A stretch of DNA of 32,000 nucleotides, from the NCBI RefSeq assembly GCF_000015025.1, contig NC_008578.1, forward strand, positions 1,050,001 through 1,082,000, given 5' to 3'. Origin of the DNA: Acidothermus cellulolyticus 11B. GTDB lineage: Bacteria; Actinomycetota; Actinomycetes; Acidothermales; Acidothermaceae. Both the position numbers and the translations under genes were made by a program. The notes beneath the pieces were generated by a model. That model did not search any database and was not told the origin of the DNA. It saw only the letters and a list, made by a program, of their open reading frames with translations. Of this stretch, positions 19,113-27,652 are shown in pieces. Each line of letters begins with the position of its first letter. The first letter of the stretch is position 1.

Positions 19113-19141
19113 TTGCGATCGGGCAACGGAGAAACTACGCT
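19113..19141 (+). promoter_or_regulatory. Candidate sigma-70-type promoter for the riboswitch and NlpC/P60 transcript
   Basis: TTGCGA (19113-19118), a 17-nt spacer, then TACGCT (19136-19141). This fits the actinobacterial TTGACN/TAnnnT consensus. It is not verified. Confidence 0.3.
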
Positions 19142-19179
19142 CCTGCCCAAGCGGTCGTTCGGCAGCCGCACCGTGCGGC

Positions 19180-19300
19180 AACGATCGCCCGCGCCGAATC
19201 CACCAGGAGCCGGGGACCCACCTTCCCCAGGGGTGAATCCGCGTCCGCGGTAGGGCGACTCTTCCCGCCCGAACCCGTCAGCTAACCCGGTAGGCGCTGA
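19180..19300 (+). ncRNA. Cyclic-di-AMP riboswitch (ydaO/yuaA class)
   Basis: All blocks I recall from the ydaO consensus are present in order: CGCCGAAUCC, GGAGCCGGGGACCCA, GGGGUGAAUCC, GGUAGGG, and CCCGCCCGAACCCGUCAGCUAACCCGGUAGGCG. It sits immediately 5' of an NlpC/P60 gene, the classic actinobacterial context. The 5' boundary is approximate. Confidence 0.8.
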
Positions 19301-19322
19301 GGAAGAACAGGAGACCGCCCTC

Positions 19323-20360
19323 GTGGCGCCTTCCCTCCTGCGGCCGACGCTTGCCGGCTTGGCGGTCGTTCTCGGCGTGTCGCTCTCCGTCGGCAGCGCC
19401 TCCGCCGATCCGCAGAGCACGGCGGCCGATGCGCAGACCAGACTTGCCAGCCTCGCTGACCAGGCCGAACTGCTCATCGAGCAATACAACGCAGCTAATG
19501 ATCGGCTGCAAGCCGCCGAGCGGCGCGTGCAGTCGTCGCAGTCGGCGGTGAGCCGCGCCGAACAGCAGGTCGCCGCGGCGCGGACGACAGTCGCCGGCCT
19601 TGCGGTCGTTGCGTACCAGGCAGGGGACACCGGCGTCCTCGAAGCGCTCCTCGTCAGCGGCGATCCGCAGCTCGCCCTCAGCCGCGTGCAGACCCTCACC
19701 CTTCTCCTCAGCCAAAGGCAGTCCGCCTTGCGTGACCTGCAGGCCGCGCAGGTCCACCTCACCCAGCTGCGCCGGCAGGCCGCCCAGGACGTCGCCGCCA
19801 TCGCGGCGTTACGAGACTCCCTCGCGGCTCAGCGCAGTCGGATCGAAAAGCTCGTGGCCCGTCAGCAGGCGCTGGTCGCCGCGCAGCAGGCCGCCGCCAG
19901 GCAGCAGGCCGCTGCGCAGGCCGCAGCGGAAGCCCGGGCCCGGGCGGCTCAGCAGCAGGTCACCCGGTCCGCGCCGCGGGTTGCGCTCGACCTGCCCGCG
20001 CCGGCGGGTGCGGGAGCGGCGGCGATCGCCGTCCGGTATGCGTACGCCCAGCTCGGCAAGCCGTACCGCTGGGGTGGCGCCGGCCCGTCGTCGTTCGACT
20101 GCTCCGGGCTGACCATGCGTGCCTGGGAGGCGGCGGGCGTCTCGCTGCCTCACAACGCGGCGGCGCAGTACGCCGTGACGCCGCACGTGTCGTTGTCCGC
20201 GCTGCAACCGGGCGATCTGATCTTCTTCGGGCATCCGATCCACCACGTCGGCATCTACATCGGCAACGGCGAGATGATCGAAGCTCCGTACACCGGCACG
20301 ACCGTGCGCATCACCAACTTCGGGTATCGCCATGACATCGTCGGCGCTTCCCGCCCGTAG
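19323..20360 (+). CDS. NlpC/P60 peptidoglycan endopeptidase with N-terminal coiled-coil (RipC-like)
   Basis: Signal peptide, then a long Ala/Gln/Arg-rich coiled-coil region. The C-terminal NlpC/P60 domain has catalytic FDCSGLTMRAW and HHVGIYIGNGEMIEAP. GTG start with AGGAGA upstream. Confidence 0.92.
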   Translation: MAPSLLRPTLAGLAVVLGVSLSVGSASADPQSTAADAQTRLASLADQAELLIEQYNAANDRLQAAERRVQSSQSAVSRAEQQVAAARTTVAGLAVVAYQAGDTGVLEALLVSGDPQLALSRVQTLTLLLSQRQSALRDLQAAQVHLTQLRRQAAQDVAAIAALRDSLAAQRSRIEKLVARQQALVAAQQAAARQQAAAQAAAEARARAAQQQVTRSAPRVALDLPAPAGAGAAAIAVRYAYAQLGKPYRWGGAGPSSFDCSGLTMRAWEAAGVSLPHNAAAQYAVTPHVSLSALQPGDLIFFGHPIHHVGIYIGNGEMIEAPYTGTTVRITNFGYRHDIVGASRP

Positions 20361-20392
20361 CTGACCTCGCCGCCCGTCCCTCGGCCTGCCCG

Positions 20393-20420
20393 GTGGTGGC
20401 CGCCTCCCGGCGGCCACCAC
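20393..20420 (+). terminator. 12-bp perfect hairpin after the NlpC/P60 gene
   Basis: GTGGTGGCCGCC, loop TCCC, GGCGGCCACCAC, located 33 nt after the stop codon. No U tract. Confidence 0.55.
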
Positions 20421-20441
20421 ATCCCATGAAACGATCGGGGC

Positions 20442-21581
20442 GTGGGACGGTTGCTCGTCATCTCCAACGACTTTCCGCCCCGGCCGGGTGGCATTCAGGC
20501 CTTCGTCCACGCCATCGTCACCCGGTTGGCCGCGCGCGGCTGCCAGGTCACGGTGTACGCGCCGGCTTGGCCGGGGGCGGCGGAGTTCGATGCCGCCCAG
20601 CCATACCCGGTGGTTCGTCATCCGACGTCGCTCATGCTCCCGACGCCGGACGTTGCCCGCCGGGCCCGCTCCCTCCTGGCAGCCACTCAGGCCGACACGG
20701 TCTGGTTCGGCGCCGCCGCGCCGCTTGGCTTCCTGGCACCGCTCCTCCGACGCTCCGGAGCACGCCGGATCGTCGCAAGCACCCACGGGCATGAGCTCGC
20801 CTGGCTCCGCTTCCCCGGCGCGCGGCAGCTCTTCGTGCACCTCGCCCGCCGCCTCGACGTCCTCACCTACCTTGGGGCGTACACGCACCGACGGCTGGCT
20901 CGAGCCATCGGCCCGGGTGCGCGGCTTGCCCGGCTCAGCCCGGGTGTCGATCCGGCCGTCTTCCATCCCGGCGTCGACGGCAGCGCTGTCCGCCGCCGCC
21001 ACCGGCTCGGAGACGACCCCGTCGTCGTCTGCGTCTCCCGGCTGGTGCCGCGCAAGGGCCAGGACATGTTGATCCGCGCGCTCACACCCCTTCGGCGGCG
21101 GATTCCCGGCGCGCGTCTCCTCCTTGTCGGCGACGGGCCGTACCGGTCTCGGTTGCAGCAGCTCGCCGCCCGCTACGCCGTGTCGGACGCGGTGGTGTTC
21201 GCCGGGGCGGTGTCCTGGTCGGAACTGCCGGCCTACTACGCCGCCGGGAACGTCTTCGCCATGCCGTGTCGTGATCGCTGGTTCCACTTGGACGTCGAAG
21301 GATTCGGCATCGTCTACCTGGAAGCAGCCGCGACCGGGCTTCCCGTCGTCGCCGGAACGTCGGGCGGAGCACCCGAAGCGGTTCCGCCGGGCGGCGGTGT
21401 CGTGGTCGACGGCCGTGATCCGGCCGCCTTGGTGGACGTCCTCGCCGAGCTTCTCTCCGACCCCAAGCGCGCGGCCGAAATGGGTGAGGCCGCCCGGGCC
21501 TGGGTCGTCGCGCACGCGACCTGGGACGCCGCGGCGGCGCGGCTCGCGCAGCTGCTCGACGGCGAGCCGGTCGAGTCGTGA
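20442..21581 (+). CDS. pimB: GT4-family glycosyltransferase, PimB'-like phosphatidylinositol mannoside mannosyltransferase
   Basis: The N-terminus LLVISNDFPPRPGGIQAFV and VYAPAWPGAAEFD...VVRHPTSLMLPTP resemble Rv2188c as recalled. The EX7E region is EGFGIVYLEAAATGLPVV. The syntenic position is between the ripC-like and fadD15-like genes. Confidence 0.85.
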   Translation: MGRLLVISNDFPPRPGGIQAFVHAIVTRLAARGCQVTVYAPAWPGAAEFDAAQPYPVVRHPTSLMLPTPDVARRARSLLAATQADTVWFGAAAPLGFLAPLLRRSGARRIVASTHGHELAWLRFPGARQLFVHLARRLDVLTYLGAYTHRRLARAIGPGARLARLSPGVDPAVFHPGVDGSAVRRRHRLGDDPVVVCVSRLVPRKGQDMLIRALTPLRRRIPGARLLLVGDGPYRSRLQQLAARYAVSDAVVFAGAVSWSELPAYYAAGNVFAMPCRDRWFHLDVEGFGIVYLEAAATGLPVVAGTSGGAPEAVPPGGGVVVDGRDPAALVDVLAELLSDPKRAAEMGEAARAWVVAHATWDAAAARLAQLLDGEPVES

Positions 21582-21851
21582 CCATGCACCCGGCTGGCAA
21601 GTTCCTCGTGCACCAGGTACGCGAGTGCTACCAGGATGGCGACCGTGACGGCGACCAGCGCGGCCAGGAGGAGCGCCGGCTCGGCTGATGGCCGTCGAAC
21701 AACAGCGCCTCGCGTTCTGGCCAAGAGTGCCGGCTCCTGCCGGTGTCCCGCCGTATGCCGCACTGCGCGCCTCCGCCTGACCGACGACCAGCGGCATCAG
21801 CCAACACTGCTGCGTCCGCGCGCGGAATCGGCCTATCGGCGGATTGCGCGG

Positions 21852-22502
21852 CTAGCTCACGTCGTCCGGTTCCAACAGCCCCAGGCGGATGGCCGCCATG
21901 AGCGCCTGGGCGCGATTCGCCGCCCCCAACTTCTCGTACAGCTTCGACACGTGGGTCTTGGTCGTCGACTCGCTGATGAACAGCTGCCGGGCGATGGCGC
22001 TGACGCCAAGGCCGTCGGCCATCAGCTGCAGGACCTCCCGTTCCCGAGGGGTCAACTGCGGACCGGACGGGTTCATGCGACGGCGCATGGCACCGGCAAG
22101 GTCAGCGGCGGAGAACGACCTCGGCGAGACAAGCGCGTGCCGGGCCGCGCTCACCACGTCCTCGGCGGGCGCATCCTTCGCGACGAACGCAGATGCCCCT
22201 GCCTCGAGTGCTCCGAAGAGCTGTTCGTCGCCGGCGTACATGGTGAGCACCACGATCCCGACGTCCGGGCGCTGCCGGCGGAGTTCGCGCGCCACGTCCA
22301 GGCCGCTGCCATCCGGCAGCCGGACGTCGATCACAACGACGTCCGGCTGATGCCGCGTCGCGCATGCGAGGGCTTCGGCGACACTGCCGGCCTCACCGAC
22401 CACTGTGAAATCTCCGGCTCGTTCGAAGGCGCGGCGCAGGCCCTGCCGGATCAGATCGTGATCGTCGACGAGAAGTACGGTCGTCGGCTGCTCAGCTGCC
22501 AT
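21852..22502 (-). CDS. NarL/LuxR-family response regulator
   Basis: The receiver has VLLVDDHDLIRQGL, VVVIDVRLPDGSG and VVLTMY...FVAKD. The C-terminal LuxR HTH is LTPREREVLQLMADGLGVSAIARQLFISESTTKTHVSKLYEKLG. ATG 22502 overlaps the kinase stop by 11 nt. Confidence 0.93.
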   Translation of the reverse strand: MAAEQPTTVLLVDDHDLIRQGLRRAFERAGDFTVVGEAGSVAEALACATRHQPDVVVIDVRLPDGSGLDVARELRRQRPDVGIVVLTMYAGDEQLFGALEAGASAFVAKDAPAEDVVSAARHALVSPRSFSAADLAGAMRRRMNPSGPQLTPREREVLQLMADGLGVSAIARQLFISESTTKTHVSKLYEKLGAANRAQALMAAIRLGLLEPDDVS

Positions 22503-24246
22503 GGCGTCCTCCCTCGGCTGCGGCCGCGGCGATCCTCGTGCCACCCGGTGGGTTGGCTCCCGCCGATCCGGTCGGTGCCGCGGCCTGCACGCTCTGCTCG
22601 GTAGCGGAAATCTCGCTGTAGTGGTCGCCGAGGCGCACCTCGACGATGGTCCCCCCTCCCGGACGCGGGGAGATCGAGAGCGTCGCTCCGATGCGGTCGG
22701 CCCGCTCGTGCATGACCTCGAGACCGAAGCTGTCCAGCCGGGCCGGGCCGAGTCCGCGGCCGTCGTCTTCGACCCGCAGGTGGGCGAACGGCGGGTCCAC
22801 CCGGCACCGAATCCACAGATTCGTCGCACCCGCGTGCCGGCGCGCATTGGTGATCGCTTCCTGGGCGATCCGCAGGAGCTCTGTCTCGACCGGGATGGGC
22901 AGCCGGTCAACCGACTCGTCGAGGATGACGTGCACGGCCAAGCCGATCCCCGGGCCGATCGACCGGACGTAGTCGGCGAGCGCCGCGCCCAAGCTCGTCT
23001 GCGTGCCGACCTCACTGCGCAGGTCGAAAATCGACAACCGCAGTTCCGTGATGAGACGGCTCACGTCGGCGCGGATGGCACGGAGGTCGGCGGCCAGCCC
23101 AGGCGCTGCCGTGGCATTGGCGATCTGATCGTCGATGCGGTAACCCAGCGAGGCAAGTTCCTGCGCGATGCCGTCGTGAATCTCGCGGGCGAGGCGTCGC
23201 CGCTCCTCGGTCGTCGCAAGGGAACGGACCTCCCCGAACAGCAGAGCGGTCTCCAATCGAATCCCGGCGTCCTCCACGACGGCGTCCACGTCGGTGATCA
23301 GCGCTGGCCCGGGAGGGGCGCCGTCACCGTCCAGCACGACAGCCCCGATCTGCCGGTCGCCGACCCGCAGCGGATAGACGGCCTGCCACCCCTGAACCGG
23401 CGTTCCGTCGCTCGGCACCCCGGCGCCGAACCTGCCATGCGCGGTCACCGCACGCTGGTCGGCAAGTGCGTCGCGGAGGGTGAGCGACGTTTCTTCGGTG
23501 GGCACCCAGTGCGCGTCGGGTGCGCCGTCGACGGCAAGCGCGACCAGGTGGCCGCCGTCCGAGCGGATGAGCACCGCACCGCGCCCGAAAGCTAATCGTG
23601 ACCGGATCGTGTGCAACAGCCCATGGGCGACGGCAACGGCGTCCAGACCTTCGGAGAGCTGCCGGCTGATGTCGCGCAATTGCTGCAACAGCGCATGCGC
23701 CACGTGGTAGGAGCGCATGACGTCGGACGTCGACGAGGCGGTGAGCCGCCGGATCCAGGCGGCGAGCGCACCAACCGCCAGTGCGAGCAGAATCCACTGG
23801 CTGGCGGTGGCCGGCAATCCGCTCGGTTGGTAGCCGGCAGCGGCATAACCCGCGAAGAGAACGACGGCCGCGGCGCCCGGTGTGACCAGGGCGGCGGTGA
23901 GCCCGAAGCGGAGCCCGGCCGCGAAGGCCGGCGCAAGCAGGTAGGGGAGAAGGCTCTCCCGTGCCCCGGGCGGCGCGATGATGCCAACCGCAGCGATCAC
24001 TGCTTCGACCGTTGGCAGCAGGTGCCGCCAGCGTTCAGCCCGGATCGGCAGGAGCGACGTGCCGGCGGCCAGCGCAAGCACGAGAGCCCCGGCGACGGTG
24101 CGCCGGGGGTCGGGATCGAGGGCCGCGACCACGAACGACAGGCCGAGGAATGCCAGCCGGACGGCCAGGACGAGGACCTGGGTGTCGAACCGGGCGCCGG
24201 TCCACCACGGCAGTCCGGGCGTTGTGCGAGCCGAATCCCGCGCCAT
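22492..24246 (-). CDS. Membrane-bound GAF-domain sensor histidine kinase (HisKA_3/NarX-type)
   Basis: About 5-6 N-terminal TM helices, then a GAF-like segment. The H-box is ERRRLAREIHDGIAQEL, and the HATPase region includes EAITNARRHAGA...EDDGRGL...GGGTIVEV. ATG 24246 has GGAGAAGG upstream and lies 2 nt after the upstream stop. GTG 24276 is the alternative. Confidence 0.9.
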   Translation of the reverse strand: MARDSARTTPGLPWWTGARFDTQVLVLAVRLAFLGLSFVVAALDPDPRRTVAGALVLALAAGTSLLPIRAERWRHLLPTVEAVIAAVGIIAPPGARESLLPYLLAPAFAAGLRFGLTAALVTPGAAAVVLFAGYAAAGYQPSGLPATASQWILLALAVGALAAWIRRLTASSTSDVMRSYHVAHALLQQLRDISRQLSEGLDAVAVAHGLLHTIRSRLAFGRGAVLIRSDGGHLVALAVDGAPDAHWVPTEETSLTLRDALADQRAVTAHGRFGAGVPSDGTPVQGWQAVYPLRVGDRQIGAVVLDGDGAPPGPALITDVDAVVEDAGIRLETALLFGEVRSLATTEERRRLAREIHDGIAQELASLGYRIDDQIANATAAPGLAADLRAIRADVSRLITELRLSIFDLRSEVGTQTSLGAALADYVRSIGPGIGLAVHVILDESVDRLPIPVETELLRIAQEAITNARRHAGATNLWIRCRVDPPFAHLRVEDDGRGLGPARLDSFGLEVMHERADRIGATLSISPRPGGGTIVEVRLGDHYSEISATEQSVQAAAPTGSAGANPPGGTRIAAAAAEGGRHGS

Positions 24247-24248
24247 GG

Positions 24249-25520
24249 TCACCGCCTTCTCCGCCGGGCGAACCACCGGCGGTCCGAACGCAGCGCCGCC
24301 GGGATCAGTTCGCCGTCGGCTCGCAGGGGCAGTACGTGCTCCCGTGCGAAGGTCCGGATGGCCGCGCTGACCGGATGGTCGGTTTCCTCCAGCACCAGCG
24401 GCACCCCTCGGTTGACCGATGCCGGCACGTCGCGGGATGACGGCACGTGCGCGGAGATCGGGAACGTCACCGTCGTCTCGACATCACTCGCGGAGAGGCC
24501 GACCTTGGAATCCGCCCGGTTCAGCACCACCCGCAGCCGCTCAGTGGGAATCTTGAGGGCTTGGAGGGTGTCCAGCGTGGCCCGCAGGCTCCGGACGGCT
24601 GGAAGGTCAAGCGTCGCCACCAGGGCGATGAGGTCCGATTGGTCGAACGCTGTCAGCACCGGGTCGGTGAAGGCGGGCGGTGTGTCGACGACGACGAACG
24701 CGAAACGGCGGGTGAGCAGTCGCAGCACCCGGCCGACGAGACCCGCGCTGATCGTTTCCGCCGTGTGCGGATCGATGGGAGCGGGCAGCGTGTACAGCCC
24801 AGCGGAATGTCGGGTGAGCAGGGTCTCCACCGCCGGGAGGTCGATGTCCAGGCTGTACGGCGCGGCGTCCGCCAGGCTTCGGGCCGGCATGAGCCGGAGG
24901 ACCACCGCGACGTCCCCGAAGTTCAAGTCGAGATCGACAAGACAGACGTCGTTGCGCCCGCCGGCCGCGAGCGTTGCCGCGAGATTGCAGGCGAGGGTGG
25001 TCTTCCCGCAGCCGCCCTTCGTCGAGAAGACGGTGACGACGACACCACGGGACGTTGCACCGTCGACGGCGCTGGCGTCCCGCTGCCGGAGGGCGGCGGC
25101 GACGGCCCGGGCGCGCGTGAGGGCGCCCCGCAATCCGTCGGCGTCCTCGGTTTTGACGACGTCGCGTACGCCGGCGCGCAGCGCGCTGATGACCAGTTCG
25201 GTGTCCAGGGAGGGGCGGACCAGGACGACGCCGACGCCGGGACGGGTGACCCGCAGTTCGGTGCTGAGCCGCAGGACGTCGTCCAACGGCGTGGATGGTC
25301 CGGCTACGACGATGTCGGTTCCGGGGTGACAGGCCAGGTGGTCGCGCAAGGCCCCGAGGTCATCGATGACGACGGCGGACGGCTCGACCGCGAGGAGTTG
25401 CCGGGCGAGCGTCGGCTCCGATTCGACGACAACGATCATTCCTGTGGCCCGCGGGGTCGAGCGTGCATCCACCTCTCCTGATCGGCCGGGGAGACGGGCG
25501 ATGTCGGGTGACCCGTGCAC
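24249..25520 (-). CDS. CpaE/TadZ-like protein: degenerate N-terminal receiver-like domain plus MinD/ParA-type ATPase
   Basis: Deviant Walker A VFSTKGGCGKTTLACNLA, Walker A' VCLVDLDLNFGD and Walker B FVVVDTPP. The N-terminal 130 or so residues have a receiver-like layout without the acidic pocket. Start is GTG 25520 (15 nt after the fadD stop) or ATG 25439. Confidence 0.85.
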   Translation of the reverse strand: MHGSPDIARLPGRSGEVDARSTPRATGMIVVVESEPTLARQLLAVEPSAVVIDDLGALRDHLACHPGTDIVVAGPSTPLDDVLRLSTELRVTRPGVGVVLVRPSLDTELVISALRAGVRDVVKTEDADGLRGALTRARAVAAALRQRDASAVDGATSRGVVVTVFSTKGGCGKTTLACNLAATLAAGGRNDVCLVDLDLNFGDVAVVLRLMPARSLADAAPYSLDIDLPAVETLLTRHSAGLYTLPAPIDPHTAETISAGLVGRVLRLLTRRFAFVVVDTPPAFTDPVLTAFDQSDLIALVATLDLPAVRSLRATLDTLQALKIPTERLRVVLNRADSKVGLSASDVETTVTFPISAHVPSSRDVPASVNRGVPLVLEETDHPVSAAIRTFAREHVLPLRADGELIPAALRSDRRWFARRRRR

Positions 25521-25535
25521 CCGAGCCCACCGGGA

Positions 25536-27413
25536 TCAATGTCGGCTGGAAGGTGGAGCGGGCTGAGGCAACCGTGTGTAGAGTTCGTCGATCTCGGCGG
25601 CGAACTGAGCGGCGATGACGTCACGCCGCACCTTGAGGGTCGGGGTGAGCTGACCGGTGTCTTGCCGGAACTCGGTGTCGAGAATGCGGAACCGGCGAAT
25701 CGACTCGGCTCTCGAGACGGCCTGGTTTGCTTCGTCCACTGCGGCTTGGATCTCCGCGACGAGGTCCGGATCGTCCCGCAGCTCGGCGAGGGTCAGGCTT
25801 GCCGGCTTGCCCATCTTCTGTTTCCACGCGTCAACGGCTTCGGGGTCAAGGGTGATGAGCGCGGCCACGTACGGCCGGCCGTCGCCGACGACGACACAGT
25901 GGGCGACCAGCGGGTGACCGGCCACCCGGTTCTCCAGCACCGCGGGTGCGACGTTCTTCCCGCCCGCGGTCACCAGAATCTCCTTCCGGCGACCGGTGAT
26001 CGTGACAAAGCCGTCGTCATCGATCTCACCGAGATCCCCGGTGTGCAGCCACCCGTCGGCGTCCAGCACCTCCTGGGTTGCGGCGGGATCCCCCCAGTAG
26101 CCGGCAAAGACGTGGCCGCCGCGAACCAGCAGTTCGCCGTCCGCCGTCAGCCCGACCTCCGTCCCGGCAAGCGGCAGTCCAACGGTTCCGATCTTGGTGG
26201 CGTCGGGTCGGTTGACGGTCGCGGCCGCGGTCGTCTCGGTCAATCCCCAGCCCTCCAACACCGGGATGCCCGCACCGCGGAAGAAGTGCCCGAGATGGGG
26301 TGCCAGCGGCGCTCCGCCGGAGACGACCCACTCGACCGCCCCGCCGAGGGCGGCGCGAATGCGGCGGTAGACGAGCCGGTCGAACAGCGCCCGCCGGACG
26401 CGAACGGCAGCCGTGACCGGCCCGGCGCTCACCTGCTGGGCGTTCCGGACGGCGGCGGCGAAAAGCCGTGACGTGCCGCGTTGCTCGGCGGTCCGGGCCG
26501 CCAGCCAGTACACCTTCTCCAGCAGGTACGGCACCGCGAGGAGGAGGGTCGGGCGGAAGGACGCGAGGTCGGTCTGGAGTTGGTAGGTGTCCGGGCAGTG
26601 CCCGACCGGCACGGCAGCTTCGACGCAGGCGACCTGGATCTCGCGGGCGAACACGTGAGCGAGCGGGAGAAACAGCAGCGCCGACGTGTGCTCATGGAAG
26701 AGCGCCGGCAGGCTGCCGACGGCGCTGCGCGCGGCGAACAGCAGATTGCCGTGCGTGAGCACGCATCCCTTGGGCCGTCCGGTGGTTCCGGAGGTGTAGA
26801 CGATGGTCGCCACGGATCCGGCGCCCAGCTCGCGCCGGGCGGAGGCCAGCTGGTCGTCGGAGGCCCGCTGGGCTGTGAGCCGATCGAGATCGCCGTCCTC
26901 GATCACCCAGATGTGCTGCAGATTGGGCACCACATCGCGGACGGCGTTGACAACGCGGGCATGTTCGGGACTCTCGACGATCGCGGCGGCGACCTGCGCG
27001 TCACCGAGAATCCAACCGATCTGGTCCGGTGAGGATGTCTCGTAGATCGGCACGGTGATCAGACCTGCGTGCCAGAGGGCGTAGTCGACCAGCGTCCACT
27101 CGTAGCGGGTTCGGGAGAGCAGGGCGACCCGGGCGCCCGGTTGCAGTCCGGCGGCCAGCAGGCCCCGGGCCAGGGCGTCGACCGCAGCGTGGAACTGCGC
27201 AGCGGTGATCGGCGTCCAGGTCGGCGGTTCGGTCGCGCGCGCGGCTGGGCCGGGCGGCCGGCTCTCGCGGGCCGGGCGCACGGGACGGCGGCGGAAGAGC
27301 ACGGCGTCCGGACGCGTTCGCGCATGGTCGAGGACGGCGTCCGTGAGTGTCGCAGTCGCGGGGATCTCCGTTACCGCTGGCATGGCGGACACCCGGGCGA
27401 CGTCGGTGGTCAC
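25536..27413 (-). CDS. fadD15: Long-chain fatty-acid--CoA ligase (FadD15-like)
   Basis: AMP-binding motif IVYTSGTTGRPKG, plus GWGLTETT, GWLHTGDLGEIDDDGF and GGKNVAP. Start is GTG 27413 or ATG 27383. Confidence 0.92.
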   Translation of the reverse strand: MTTDVARVSAMPAVTEIPATATLTDAVLDHARTRPDAVLFRRRPVRPARESRPPGPAARATEPPTWTPITAAQFHAAVDALARGLLAAGLQPGARVALLSRTRYEWTLVDYALWHAGLITVPIYETSSPDQIGWILGDAQVAAAIVESPEHARVVNAVRDVVPNLQHIWVIEDGDLDRLTAQRASDDQLASARRELGAGSVATIVYTSGTTGRPKGCVLTHGNLLFAARSAVGSLPALFHEHTSALLFLPLAHVFAREIQVACVEAAVPVGHCPDTYQLQTDLASFRPTLLLAVPYLLEKVYWLAARTAEQRGTSRLFAAAVRNAQQVSAGPVTAAVRVRRALFDRLVYRRIRAALGGAVEWVVSGGAPLAPHLGHFFRGAGIPVLEGWGLTETTAAATVNRPDATKIGTVGLPLAGTEVGLTADGELLVRGGHVFAGYWGDPAATQEVLDADGWLHTGDLGEIDDDGFVTITGRRKEILVTAGGKNVAPAVLENRVAGHPLVAHCVVVGDGRPYVAALITLDPEAVDAWKQKMGKPASLTLAELRDDPDLVAEIQAAVDEANQAVSRAESIRRFRILDTEFRQDTGQLTPTLKVRRDVIAAQFAAEIDELYTRLPQPAPPSSRH

Positions 27414-27446
27414 GAATCATCCTTCGGTGACAGTGCGGCGATCGTG

Positions 27447-27476
27447 TTGACAGGGACGGTACAACACGGTGAGCAT
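27447..27476 (+). promoter_or_regulatory. Candidate promoter (perfect -35 TTGACA)
   Basis: TTGACA at 27447-27452, an 18-nt spacer, then GAGCAT at 27471-27476. It lies in the divergent intergenic region between the fadD15-like gene and the zinc-ribbon gene. Not verified. Confidence 0.3.
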
Positions 27477-27652
27477 CGCCGGGCGGATTGCCGCCGCCCG
27501 CCAGGTTGCCACCGCACCGGCTCGGGCGCGCCCGGCTCGGGAGCACCGGGTCGCAAGCGCCGGCCGGCCGGGCAGGGGCGCTCAGCGGTACGGCGTCCCG
27601 GGCGGCTTCCGGCCCGTCAAGGCGTCCGCTGTGGGTGCCGAAGCAGTCGAAC

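Noticed and set aside
18656-19181. ORFs of 140 aa (+) and 162 aa (-) inside the large intergenic region.
   Set aside because: They are Arg/Pro-rich with no RBS or recognisable domain. The apparent periodicity in the peptide simply reflects the 24-bp DNA repeats. The 3' part overlaps the riboswitch leader.
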